From positions 41,788,001 to 41,852,000 of the forward strand of contig OZ024755.1 of the NCBI GenBank assembly GCA_964016885.1: DNA of 64,000 nucleotides. Direction: 5' to 3'. Source of the DNA: Eledone cirrhosa (taxonomy: Eukaryota). Positions within the stretch are counted from its first letter, which is position 1, and the number at the start of each line of letters is the position of its first letter. The notes beneath the pieces are model-generated. The model did not search any database. It had not been told where the DNA came from and saw nothing but the letters and a program-made list of their open reading frames with translations. The translations under genes were made by a program, and so were the position numbers. Below, one piece after another: positions 42,366 to 55,730 of the stretch.

Positions 42366-42697
42366 AAAAAGGGATGAAATCGAAAATGCAACTGAAGTCT
42401 TATTTTTTCTTAAAAATATATATATTTATTTGGTTCCTTTACCGATTTCGCAGTTCTTCTGCTTTTCAAAAGGTGAGTTGAGATGGAGGGTCTGTGAGAA
42501 AAACCACAGACCCTCCATCTCAACTCACCTTTTGAAAAGCAGAAGAACTGCGAAATCGGTAAAGGAACCAAATAAATATATATATTTTTAAGAAAAAATA
42601 AGACTTCAGTTGCATTTTCGATTTCATCCCTTTTTCTTTATACTTCCACTCGTGTAGGACACCTCGGTTATTTTTCATTTTGTAAAAAAAACCTCAC

Positions 42698-42703
<6 letters not shown>
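42361..42703 (+). mobile_element. Nested fold-back insertion (136-bp arms, 8-bp spacer) with HHR, inserted in a (TA)n tract of the PLE inverted arm
   Basis: 42361-42496 is the reverse complement of 42505-42640; absent from the matching (TA)n at ~45993-46022. Confidence 0.85.
42528..42565 (+). ncRNA. Minimal type I hammerhead, U3-A8 core variant (mirror copy at 42436-42473, minus strand)
   Basis: CCTT-TTGAAAA-GCAG(aagaa)CTGC-GAAA-TCGG-TA-AAGG. Confidence 0.7.
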
Positions 42704-42780
<77 letters not shown>

Positions 42781-43366
42781 CACATATACATGAATACACA
42801 TACATTTAATTATAAACATCAAATATATATATATATACACTCACTCACTTATTTACTTATTTATATACATTTTCACATATATACATACATATGGTCGCTT
42901 TTAGGCACATTCATTATAGTATATTCGCACCTATTCTCACCAGCATATTTATCCATTATTAGTGTGGTAATTTAAGGTTATTAATAGTACATATATATGT
43001 TGAGAAGCGATTGTTTTTATAAATTTCTAACTAGATTGAGGATTTGTATAGTTGGGAGGATGTCCCTCGTTTATGTAATATTCAGCTTGTAGTGGGAAAA
43101 AAGGGTTTTAGTTCGGTGACGGCAGAATAATGTTCGTTCGATTCTGTTATTAAGCAGTTTCAATAAATTCCTTTTACTGAACTGTATCCATTTAAATCCT
43201 TCTATTTTCTCCGGATTACTTTTGAAACTACAACTGGAACCGTCGAGCAAACCCTACGTGAGCTGTCCATCTACTGTGTGTAATATTCGTATTATAACAC
43301 TACGGAAAATACTATATTTACCTCCTGTAAAGTTGAACAACCCACTCAGCAAACGTAACCACAACA

Positions 43367-45698
43367 ATGGAAAAGCACTACCTGGATATGTCACTCAAAA
43401 ACATACCAACCCAAGGTAAAAAGGAATACTTACTGAGTATGATACAAAAAACAAATGAATTCATTCGACGTGTCAGGTGGAAAACGCTCCACTATGATAG
43501 AAGCCGTATGAACTCACCATCAGAAAGTGGTGTAAACAACAAATTTAGTTTTAGAACGTGTAAAAACCCACCCACTAACCCACTATTAGATGCACTTGAG
43601 CAGGACCTTATGGACTTAATCCTTAAAATTAAATTCAAAGGACGTAACACCAACAACAAACTGCAGAAAGATATTAAAAAACTACTGGACGACCTTAAAA
43701 ACACCAAAGGAATTGTAGTAAGAGCGGACAAAACATCTAACCTGTATACTATGGACTGCACTACATATAACAACTTCATTCGAAAAGAACTACATAAAAA
43801 TATAGAAAAACGAGTGAAGTAACCCTTAAGCACATCAATGATGAGGCATGCAAAATAGTGAAAAATCTCGGAATCGAAGATAGGACAGGACCACTCTTAC
43901 CGGCGGTACCCACCTTCAATCTTAAGGACCATAAGGTAAACTTTGATAATGACCCTAAAATTAGACTAATCTGCCCCTCTAAATCAGATATAGGTAAAAT
44001 AAGCAAATATATCTTAGATAGAATCATCCCCCAAATTAAGGCTAAGGCTAACATTAAACTCTGGGGGAGGACCCAAGAAGTAATTAGATGGTTTAATAGC
44101 ATTAGCAATAAGAATAAATCTAAGTTTATCCAGTTTGATATCGATGAATATTACTCATCGATATCACCTGAAACTCTAAATGGAGCCATTGAGTTTGCTA
44201 AGGATAACTCTGACCTTACAAACGAAGAAATTAAGATTATATTAGAAGCTAGGAAAACTATAGTCAAATTTGAGAACAGTTATTGGGTTCGTAAAGATAG
44301 ACCCTCCAACTTTGACATAACAATGGGCTCTAACGATTCGGCGGAAATAACTGATATTGTGGGGTTATTTATCGCCTTTAAACTCCAGGAAAACTTCAGT
44401 AATCTCCACGGTGGAATATACCGCGACGATGTTCTCCTCCTAGTTAAAAACCTAAATAACCAAAAACTAGAAAAACTACGCAAAGATATAAGAAAACTAC
44501 TACTCGAAATAGGATTAACTATAACATATGAACACAACCTTAAAGTAGTTAACTTCCTGGATGTCACACTCAATTTAAACTCTGGTCTGATTAAACCGTT
44601 TCATAAATTGAATGAAAATCTCAAGTACGTAAATGTTGGGTCTAACCACCCCATCTCTATAATTAAATCTATCCCTAAAAATATTTCCCTTAGAATCTCG
44701 GGTCTATCGTCTAACATACAAGTATTTAAGGAACACGCTGAGTACTACGATAACGCCCTTAGTAAAGCAGGCTACTCAACAAAATAGAATATATAGATGA
44801 AAACAATCAAAACACCCAAAATAAATCCCACATAGGTCGAAATAATAACACAACACCAAACCACACTTACTACCATAGTGTACACACCAGTAAACCAACA
44901 AACAAAACTAATAGAAAGCGATGCAAAGAGTACTTGTGGTATAACCCTGAATACAATAGTTCCATTAGTACACATTTACCAGTACTCTTCTTTAAAATAG
45001 TTAGGAAACATTTTCCTACATCACACAAATACCATAAAATCCTAAACCCTACCACTATAAGACTGTCATACTCTACAGCGTTAAACCTTGAACAACACAT
45101 AAAAAAGATCAATACTAGAAGGTTAAACGAAAACACTAAAAGCTTAAGTACAAAGAGCACAAAAAAAACAGTAGACAATACACTACAGAACATAAATAAA
45201 CCACACATAAGTTCGTCCGCAATACTACTCCAGAGTAAACCTAACTACAAAACCAACGTACACAACTGTAACTGCACCTATCCTGACAATTGCCCCCTCG
45301 GCAATAACTGCCTTGAAAAAAATATCATCTATAAGTGTACCATTGAATCCGGAGGCAACGAGTGGTATTACGTGGGATCAACGGCAACATCGTTTAAATC
45401 TCGATTATATAGGGATTCTTACTCAATAAAACACCAGAGCCAAAGAAATGTAACAACTTTAGCAGAAAAAGCCTGGACGCTCAGGGATAGCGATCAAAAG
45501 TTTACCCTAAAATGGGAGAAATTAGCTAAAACCCAAAACTTTTCCAGGAGCCAAAATTTCTGCAAATTATGTAATCTTGAGATTTATTACATAATCACAC
45601 ACAAGAAGAAACTGCTTAATAACAGAATCGAACGAACATTATTCTGCCGTCACCGAACTAAAACCCTTTTTTCCCACTACAAGCTGAATATTACATAA
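43367..45698 (+). pseudogene. PLE polyprotein: reverse transcriptase + GIY-YIG endonuclease, disrupted
   Basis: N-terminal SLKNIP..FIRRVRWK; VRADKT; KIRLICP; FIQFDIDEYYSSI; MGSNDSAEITD; GIYRDD; VNFLDV; CNC..CPLGNNC; IIY..YYVG; CKLCNLE; LLN..CRH; split into three ORFs by frameshifts and stops. Confidence 0.93.
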
Positions 45699-45988
45699 AC
45701 GAGGGACATCCTCCCAACTATAGAAATCCTCAATCTAGTTAGAAAAATATAAAAACAATCGCTTCTCAACATATATATGTACTATTAATAACGTTAAATT
45801 ATCACTGTAATAATGGTTAAATAGGCTGGTGAGAATAGGTGCGAATATGCTATAATGAATGTGTCTAAAAGAGACCATATGTATGTATATATGTGAAAAT
45901 GTATATAAATAAGTAAATAAGTGAGTGAGTGTATATATATATATATTTGATGTTTATAATTAAATATATGTGTATTCATGTATATGTG

Positions 45989-46028
<40 letters not shown>

Positions 46029-46128
46029 GACAGGATTATGTATGTATATATGTGTGTCTATATATGTGTGTATATGAAGATAAGTAGAGTATGAAAGTGT
46101 ATATACATGAATGCGTATGTGGGTACAT

Positions 46129-46217
<89 letters not shown>

Positions 46218-46307
46218 CATGTATATATGTAAGTATGAGCATGTTAGTATGTGTATGTGAGTGTATGTATGTATTCTCTATAAAAACCAAACAAGTTCTC
46301 AATGAGA

Positions 46308-46428
46308 TTATTCTGATGAAATGATAGTTGAAAATAACATTGAAATATTGAGTGTCTGCATAATTAATACTTTGTAGATAGCAGCTGTTTTCAGGTTATA
46401 TAACTGTTATTGAAACACGTGTCAATAA
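46308..46428 (+). ncRNA. Type I hammerhead in the PLE 3' pLTR, with a ~72-nt insert in loop II
   Basis: TTATT-CTGATGA-AATGATAGTT[72 nt]AACTGTTATT-GAAA-CACGTG-TC-AATAA; predicted cut after 46423. Confidence 0.75.
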
Positions 46429-46554
46429 ATTTCTTTTACTGAACTGTATCCATTTAAATCCTTCTATTTTCTTCGGATTACTTTTGAAACTACAACTGGA
46501 ACCGTCGAGCAAACCCTACGTGAGCTGTCCATCTACTCTATGTAATATTCGTAA

Positions 46555-46606
<52 letters not shown>

Positions 46607-46610
<4 letters not shown>

Positions 46611-46855
46611 GAATAAATAAGAGAGATGAACACTAATATCGAATCGTAAGGACCAAGTTTGCTAGGATGAAAAAATACTAACTACAGCAATATGGTTTGT
46701 CAGACTTAATTTTAAATTAAGAAAAATAACAGACCTATGTATGTTTATATTAGTGTTCATCTCTCTTGTTTATCCAATTATATTGTACGGCTCGGAAAAG
46801 TTTTTTCTTAGAGCTATTTAATTGTAAGAGACTACTCTGAGTTTCTAACTCACTA
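46607..46855. repeat. Small fold-back fragment between (TA)n tracts
   Basis: aattgaataaataagagagatgaacactaatat (46607-46639) vs atattagtgttcatctctcttgtttatccaatt (46747-46779). Confidence 0.55.
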
Positions 46856-46867
46856 TATATATATAGT

Positions 46868-48230
46868 TTCCTGCAGCTAGACATCGAGGACTACTACGCC
46901 TCCATATCAGAGAGCCTGCTGATTGACGCGATTAACTTCGCCAGGAACTTTACCACCATCACCGAAGCCGAGCAGGATGTGATCCTTCATGCACGTAAGA
47001 CTTTTCTTTACCATGACAGATCCCACTGGATCAACAAAATATCTGAGACCCCCTTCGACGTTAGTATGGGTGCTAGCGACTCGGCTGAAATAAGTGACCT
47101 TGTGGGTCTGTTCATCCTCCACAGGTTGAAGACCCTCTTCACAGGCCTCTCCGGCGGTCTCTACCGAGATGACGGCCTCTTTGCCCTCCACAAAATCAAC
47201 CCCAGGACCACGGATGGGTTCAGGAAAAACCTTTACACCTTCTTTAAAAACTTAGGCCTTAAGATTACCTTAGATTCGAACTTAACTAAAGCTAACTTCC
47301 TAGACGTTACCCTCGACTTAGAAACTTCCCTTTACTACCCGTACCACAAACCTAATGAATCCCTTAGATATATAGACGTTAATTCTAACCACCCCAAAAA
47401 TATATTAGACAACGTAGTGAAAAGTGTCTCCATTAGGATATCTAGCCTCGCCGCCAATGAAGATATTTTTAGAGCAGCAGCCCCCTATTACAACGAGGCC
47501 CTGGCCCGCAGCGGCTTTAGAGATAAGATTACCTACCTTAGTATAGCCCCACGCCCACCCAGGAAGAATAGGCGAAGGCACATTAGCTGGTACCCCCCCC
47601 CCCTTCAACCGCGAAGTCTCTACACCTGTAGCTAAAATTTTCTTCACTCTCTTACAAAAACACTTCCCCACCCAACATAGGTACTATACTATCCTTAATA
47701 AGAACACCATCAGACTCTCCTACTCTACCACACCTAATCTAGCTAGGAACTTAGCCAAAAATAACGTCAATAAGCTAAATAAGTCTACTTTTTCCGAAGC
47801 CCATCCAGCAACCGATGGCAATTGCAATTGCCCTGACAACAGCTGTCTAAAAAAAGATCTCGTCTATATATGCGATGTACTCTCAGGCCCCGATGAAAAA
47901 AGAAACTCGTACATCGGGAGGACTTCTAACAGTTTTAAGACTCGCTGGTACGCCCACACACATTCGTTCCGGCGCCCAGACAAATCTAACCAAACAACAC
48001 TCGCCGCCCACATCTGGCACCTTAAAAGGAACTCCATCACCTTCAAGATCAAATGGAGACTACTCCAGAGAGCGCGATCTTACACGGGAGGCCATAATTG
48101 CTGTGACCTCTGTATCTCCGAGAACTATGAGATTCTATTCGCCAAAGGCCCTCTCCTCAACAAGATCTCGGAACACTCCCCTAATTGCATGCACAAGAAC
48201 TATGCAAACTACAAAAACTACAGACCCACC
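46868..48230 (+). pseudogene. 5'-truncated second Naiad-like PLE ORF (RT + GIY-YIG)
   Basis: FLQLDIEDYYASI; MGASDSAEISD; GLYRDDG; ANFLDV; frameshift in the poly-C at ~47595; then CNC..C, LVY..SYIGRT, CDLCISE, LLNK..CMH. Confidence 0.92.
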
Positions 48231-48887
48231 CGGCCCCCCCGATTGAACCCCATATATCACCACCCCACCCCGGTCCCCCTTCCCACTTCCGTCCCTCCAT
48301 CTTTCATTATTACCTTCTTTCCTCCCCTCCAGGTCTTTATATTGTGCTGTATGCCTCTGAGTAAGGTTCCGTGGCCGCACACACACATTCACGTATATAT
48401 CTGCTCATGTTTGCATTCGTGCAGTTATGAACTGCTGCACGCACACGTTCGAGATTTATTTATTTATTTATTTACTTATTTATTTATTTATTTATATTAT
48501 ATATATATTTATTTATATATTTATTTATTCATTTATTTATTTATTTATTTATTTATTCATTCATTTATTTGTTCATTTGTTTATCTGTTTGTTTGTTTGT
48601 TAGTTAATTCATTTATTTATTATTTAATAGGTGAATGATTAGATAATGAATGGATAAAAGATGGGTAATAAATAGTGAATGGTAAATAATAATTATTTAC
48701 TTGATAATATTAATAATTTAGTGGTGATAATAAATATTTTAATCTTTTACCAGGCTCAGTTTATAATTTGTCCCACTACTTTTTCCCAATATATATATAT
48801 ACATATATATGTGTGTGAACGAGTGCGTGTATGTGTATATGTGTATGTATCTGTATGTGTGTATGTGTATATATGTGTGTATGCATG

Positions 48888-49009
<122 letters not shown>

Positions 49010-49296
49010 CAAATAACGAAACGAAATTAAATTTCGTTTCGTTTGTAACTCACTTTTGTATGACTGACGCTTAAACAATTAAGTTAAAAATGTACATCCA
49101 CATATGTATACTGAAATACTAGTATGCATATGAATACACACACGTGTACATATGTAGATGTACCGAGTTTTTCACTGGACACTTTACTGTGAGTGTTCAG
49201 CTATTCTGTATGTAAACACACAGACAAACCGGTTTTTAGAGTCATACTGGTTTTCGAGGAAACACCTTTCCTCTATTCTCCAGAAAGCCAGACAGG

Positions 49297-49341
49297 AATA
49301 TTGGACTAGTTTCGATGTTGTTACATCTCATCAGCAATATT
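49297..49341 (-). ncRNA. Minimal type I hammerhead ribozyme (minus-arm copy)
   Basis: Exact reverse complement of 49811-49855. Confidence 0.9.
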
Positions 49342-49810
49342 TACCTATCCTCCTGCCTTTCTAGAGAATCGTAAAAGCACATATCGTTATATGCTTTTTC
49401 TATGAAAATTAGTAGTGGGCAGACTAATTTGCATAGAGCGTGAGTACGAACCGGTTCAGCGGAGACGATAAAAACAAATAACGAAATTAGCTGAACACTC
49501 ACAGTAAAGTGTCCAGTGAAAAACTCGGTACATCTACATATGTACACGTGTGTGTATTCAATGCATACTAGTATTTCAGTATACATATGTGGATGTACAT
49601 TTTTAACTTAATTGTTTAAGCGTCAGTCATACAAAAGTGAGTTACAAACGAAACGAAATTTAATTTCGTTTCGTTATTTGTTTTTATCGTCTCCGCTGAA
49701 CCGGTACGTACTCACGCTCTATGCAAATCAGTCTGCCCACTACTAATTTTCATAAAAGCATATAACGATATGTGCTTTTACGATTCTCTAGAAAGGCCGG
49801 AGGATAGGTA

Positions 49811-49855
49811 AATATTGCTGATGAGATGTAACAACATCGAAACTAGTCCAATATT
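49811..49855 (+). ncRNA. Minimal type I hammerhead ribozyme with canonical core
   Basis: AATATTG-CTGATGA-GATGT(aaca)ACATC-GAAA-CTAG-TC-CAATATT: 7-bp stem I, 5-bp stem II, palindromic ACTAGT stem III, GUC cut after 49848. Confidence 0.92.
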
Positions 49856-50075
49856 CCTGTCTGGCTTTCTGGAGAATAGAGGAAAGGTGTTTCCTCGAAA
49901 ACCAGTATGACTCTAAAAACCGGTTTGTCTGTGTGTTTACATACAGAATAGCTGAACACTCACAGTAAAGTGTCCAGTGAAAAACTCGGTACATCTACAT
50001 ATGTACACGTGTGTGTATTCATATGCATACTAGTATTTCAGTATACATATGTGGATGTACATTATTAACTTAATT

Positions 50076-50163
<88 letters not shown>

Positions 50164-50307
50164 ATATATATATGTATATGTATATATGTGTGTATGTATG
50201 TGTTTGTTGTGTGTGTATATGTATGTGTATGTGTGTATGTGTGTGTATTTGTATGTATATATATGTATAGAATAGTTTATACCGAGAGACATACATACAT
50301 GTATATG

Positions 50308-50384
<77 letters not shown>

Positions 50385-50774
50385 ATATGTATGTGTGTGT
50401 ATATATGTGTGTGTATGTGTATGCGTGTGTGTGTATATGTATGTGTATGTGCTCTTCTGTGTGTGTATATATATATATATATGTATAGATATACATGTAT
50501 ATGTGTATGTAAGTGTTTATGTATGTGGTTGTGAGTATGTAAATATATTTTATTCTTTTCATTCTACAAAAACACTCTGGCTACCTGTAGCTTGTATGTT
50601 AGCTTGACCACTCACCTCAGTACAATGGACTGTGCCATGATTCGGTCTTGTTTATCTTCTAATACCAACCCACCCTAAAAAATTTCCCTACTATATATCT
50701 GTTGAATTACTATTCTTGGGGTTTTTATTTATATTTATATTTATATTTATTTTTATTTTTATTTATTTATTCAT

Positions 50775-50809
<35 letters not shown>

Positions 50810-50987
50810 CTTTTTCTTCTTTTTATTTTACAAAAAGCACTCCGGCTAATTGACCACTCCCGAAAGAAAAAACGGTCTGTGCCATGTTATGGTCCTGTGT
50901 ATCTAAATACCCCCCCCCCCCCCCTTGCCACCACCCCTCCCTTACCACTACCTAAATGTATAAATACCAGAACTTAATACGACAACC

Positions 50988-51038
50988 AGCTTCCTGAAGA
51001 TTTCATCTGAATGAAACAGTTCTAGTCCTGTAGAAGCT
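50988..51038 (+). ncRNA. Type I hammerhead, probably in the 3' pLTR of the 46868-48230 PLE
   Basis: AGCTTC-CTGAAGA-tTTCA(tc)TGAAt-GAAA-CAG(ttctagtc)CTG-TA-GAAGCT; AATAAA at 51049; (TA)n at ~51126. Confidence 0.75.
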
Positions 51039-51356
51039 ACTTCTATACAATAAATATATTTCACTCTGCTATGTATTGAGTACCTTACTTACTGTGGTTA
51101 TCCCCGACTCAACCCGGGACCTACGTATATATATATATATATATGTATTTACATTTACGAAGAGTTTGTGTACGGAGAGGGAAGACGGGCCATAGCGAAT
51201 CCCTCTCTCCTCCGTTTTCCCAATAACTTACCTAGTTATTGAACGCTCTGGGCGTGGTCTTTAAAGCGTTGAGAGATCCGAGACCCACAGTTGACAACTG
51301 ATGAGGACCCCCACCCCTGTTCTTGCTTTCTTCTTAATTTTAAGTATATATATATA

Positions 51357-53476
51357 TATTGTTATATTTTGGGAGGGTCATGTTGCCAATAAGAAACACA
51401 CGCACCAATGCTTTCACTTCAATTTATTATAAATTTCCGGTTGGTTGGTTGGTTCCACAACCGGGCGGTTGTTCAGATATTGTCAAAGTTCTTTCGTCAC
51501 ACATTCTGTGACCCCTTCAGTGACTGGGGGATTATTTTCTTTGTTTTGTGACTCTCCTTTGTTCTGTCCTACGCCATCTTGTTTTTGTGTGTGTTGTGTG
51601 CTTAGTTTGCGCATGTGTTACATCCTTCTTAAACTCACATAATAATGATTACCTAGATACGTATCACCTTAGCAACATCTGCCCCACAAGGCCAGCAAGA
51701 GGCAGACCACCTACCATTACTTCAATGGCCAAGCATACCCACACAGAAAGATGGAACGGGTGGACCATGCCATACGGACCCCCGAAAACCATGATGAACT
51801 AAAGAAAATGATTGCACATGCGGTGGGGGCCAGTATAAAACTAACCTTTAAGGAACATATGTTCAAATTCAATGGAAAAACATATGCCCAAGAGAAGGGA
51901 GCAGCCATTGGCGTTAGCATTGCAGGCGACATAGCTAACCTATTCATGGTATGGTGGGACAATAAACTTAAGAAACAATTAGAAGACAACAATCTCTTAA
52001 CCCTGATTATGTACTCCCGCTACGTTGATGATATAAACATCGTAGTAAAAAACCCCCACTAGAGAACAGTCAGGAATTAGAGAAAAACACCATGGAAAGC
52101 ATCCGGCAAATAGCTAACTCCATCCACCGGAGTATTAGAGTTACTATAGACTAACCAAGCAAACACCCCAACCATCGATTACCTGTACTAGACACAAATA
52201 CCTGATCCACTGAAACTCAACTGTTTCGGATCATACCAAAATCAACATACTGATTGCGGATTTAGTACGGGTGATGAGAAACGTGTCCCGCATGTGCAAC
52301 CCCAAAGAACTAGAGAGACACATACAACACTTCATCCACCGTATGCAATTCTCTGGTTACAATCAGAGAGATAAAATCAGAGTATATAGAGGAGCCAGAA
52401 CCAAATGGGAAAAAATCAAAGGAGCCAGAACCAAATGGGAAAAAATTGTTAATAATGATACAAATGGGACCTGACCCTTGTATAGGAGCACATTTGGGAA
52501 TAGAATAGAAAGAACTAAAAATAATATTAATAAAATAAACTCATGGTATGATAGCAATAAATACCAGCGTATAATGTTCATCAATACACCCCTAGAAGTG
52601 AACTAGCTTTCAAATTTAGAAGGGCCGTAGATAAACTTAAACTAAATATTAAGATAGTGGAAAGACCATGTACCTCCATAAAAACACTTATTAGTAATAC
52701 ATACCCTTTTCAAAGACCTCCCTGTATAGATAAGAAATGCATAATCTGTAAACTAAGCCCCCATATTAACTGTAAAACTAAAAATATAGCGTAAAAAAAT
52801 AGTGTAAAGATAAGAATATAATGTACATCGGTGAGACAGCTCGTAGTATAGGAGAACGATTAAATAAACACTGGCGAGAACTCCAAGATAGAAAAGACTC
52901 ATCAGTACTCCACCAACATGCTAAAATAGAACATAAGGGCAAATTAGGGAATATAGAAATAAAAATAGAATCTACACACAGAAAAGGCGCAATGTTTAGA
53001 CAAATCACATAGGCAATAAACATAAATGAACTCAAACCAAAATTAAATAGAAAACACGAATGGAATAGCAACATCACAACTCACAATTAAGGGCAAAATG
53101 AAAACACACACACATAAAACAAACAACTAACTAGTAACATATAAATAAACAAATAAAAACGCACACAGACACCCGGATGTAACACATGCACAAACTAAGC
53201 ACACAACATAGAAAAAACAAGATGGCGTAGGACAGAACAAAGGAGAGACACAAAACAAAGAAAAGAATCCCCAGTCACTGAAGAGGTCACAGAATGTGTG
53301 ACAAAAGAACTTTGACAATATCTGAACAACCAACCGGAAATTTATAATAAATTGAAGTGTGTGTAACTGGTGTGTGTGTTTCTTATTGGCAACATGACCC
53401 TCTCAAAGTATAACCATATCGGTTTCAACACACATTTTCAGATAAAGAATCTTGCTAAACAAATTCAGAAACGGAA
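51357..53476 (+). mobile_element. 5'-truncated Penelope-like element (different clade from the Naiad-like ones) with an inverted pLTR at its 5' end
   Basis: ~51360-51625 is an inverted copy of ~53175-53414; degenerate HHRs at 51482-51524 (-) and 53274-53316 (+); (TA)n flanks. Confidence 0.88.
51640..53090 (+). pseudogene. PLE RT and GIY-YIG endonuclease, disrupted
   Basis: FKFNGKTYAQEKGAAIG..IANLFM; YSRYVDD; RMQFSGY; YIGETARSIGERLNKH..SVLHQH; LNRKHEW; many stops and frameshifts; 30-bp tandem duplication at ~52390-52447. Confidence 0.9.
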
Positions 53477-53488
53477 TATATATATATA

Positions 53489-54142
<654 letters not shown>

Positions 54143-54235
54143 TACAGGAAATTTGCCGCAAACTGAAACAAGAGAATAACTAACGCAAAAAAATGTTGGC
54201 TGATATAAATTTTATTGTAATATTGCATTGTTAGA

Positions 54236-54270
<35 letters not shown>

Positions 54271-54580
54271 AGAGGGGGAGAGAGTGTGTGTGTGTGTATA
54301 CGTGTGTGTGTATACGTGTGTGTGTCTATACGTGTGTGAGTGTGTTATTGGATTATAAAACAGCCTTGTTTAAAAACAAACACTCTATGTCTACAATAAA
54401 GACAATAGCTATAATTATACTTTTTTTCCAATTCATATTAAATACGGTATTGGCCGGCCTACTGGACGACATACCCTCCCCCCATCCCTCAGCATATAAA
54501 GTGTCAGCCCTGCGTCTAATACGGCCGTATCACCGATGGGAGAACGAACGGAGGGGGGGAGGACAATCATGGTTAAAAAC

Positions 54581-54772
54581 ATTTAGTCTGTATTACTATT
54601 AGTATTACCAATACAGTAATACAGTGCAATTTAGTATTACTGTTAGTATTACTAATACTATAAAACAATACAATTTAGTCTGTATTACTATTAGTATTAC
54701 CAATACAGTAATACAGTACAATTTAGTTAGTATTATTGTTAGTATTACTAATACAATAATACAATACAATTT
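54581..54772. repeat. AT-rich minisatellite, ~45-50-bp unit, about 4 copies
   Basis: Recurrent tattactattagtattaccaatacagtaatacagtRcaatttag. Confidence 0.75.
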
Positions 54773-54800
54773 ATATAAGCAAAATGATGTTGAACTTACA

Positions 54801-55165
54801 TACTTTCGTGTCCCAAATAATGGGGAGGGGGTGAAGCGGCGGGGTTTGGAGTAAGTGGGAGGGTTGGAAAATCGGTGATTTTTCTACATTGTCTCCGTTG
54901 TGTTTTAAAAAACCAGAATTAGTCGTTTAGCTTACATATTGAGACCCCAACCCGTCCTATTTATTTTAAAACATGGGATTTCTAGTAATGTTTGGTATTT
55001 TGTCATGTATAATGATGGGAATCCTATTACTTAAAATATTTCACCGGAGATAGATTAGCAAAATTTAATAAGCGGGGGTTAGGATGAGGTTCGAATAGGA
55101 ACGGGGGGGGGGGGGGTCCAAAAAGTTAATAAGTGTGCGAGGGACGATTATTCGAGACCCGAGAG
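54801..55165. mobile_element. Degenerate MITE-like element
   Basis: Imperfect terminal inverted repeats: ctttcgtgtcccaaataat vs attattcgagacccgagag. Confidence 0.35.
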
Positions 55166-55255
55166 AAAAAAAAACGATGAAATAATTTAAAATAAATTTA
55201 TGAAGAAATATACTAAAATTATTTTTTTTACTAAAAATGTATTTTTTTTAGCAAG

Positions 55256-55286
<31 letters not shown>

Positions 55287-55730
55287 CTTATACGAAGGGA
55301 CGTCCAATAGGCCAGCAAGTATGAAGTATGGTAGTTTATGGAGTGGAATTATATTTGAAAAAAAATTTCGAAACCTTAAACATTACATTTTAAATTTAAA
55401 ATGTTCATATGGTCGAAAATTCAGCTTTGAAAATCCAGTTTTTAAGATCATAATTAAAAGATTATTCAAGGCTTCTAAGTTCAATTCAAAATTTATTCAA
55501 ATTCTATAAGAATGCTTCCATCTTCCTCGAAAAGTAAATGCTTAGATTGATACATAAACCAAAATATTACGGAATTTTGTTTCGTGCAGCCAACGTCAGT
55601 AATTTTACTGTAGATTGTTTTAGATATATTATATAGTGATAACTCCTGATAGAGTCGTAGGGGCGTCCTATTGACGGTGTTTCTTGGGCAATTTTAAGCC
55701 TGGCGGAGCCCTTTACTCTATATACATATA

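Larger units (their letters stand above)
41577..46558 (+). mobile_element. Full-length Penelope-like element (Naiad-like) with a short 5' direct pLTR segment, a 3' pLTR and a long upstream inverted copy of its 3' end, in (TA)n
   Basis: Direct repeat 43162-43291 = 46424-46553; 41577-43161 is an inverted copy of ~45608-46463 (with extra 41769-42097 and a nested insertion at 42361-42703); RT-GIY-YIG coding region between. Confidence 0.9.

Noticed and set aside
43367-48230. Selenocysteine-recoding Naiad (UGA at zinc-finger Cys plus SECIS)
   Set aside because: The CNC, CxxC and CRH/CMH cysteines are ordinary TGY codons, the visible breaks are frameshifts or TAG/TAA, and I saw no convincing SECIS.
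49158-49994. Duplicated 68-aa ORF MYRVFHWTLY.. in the retrozyme-like unit
   Set aside because: Antisense to the ribozyme strand, no recognisable domain, and duplicated only because the unit is duplicated.
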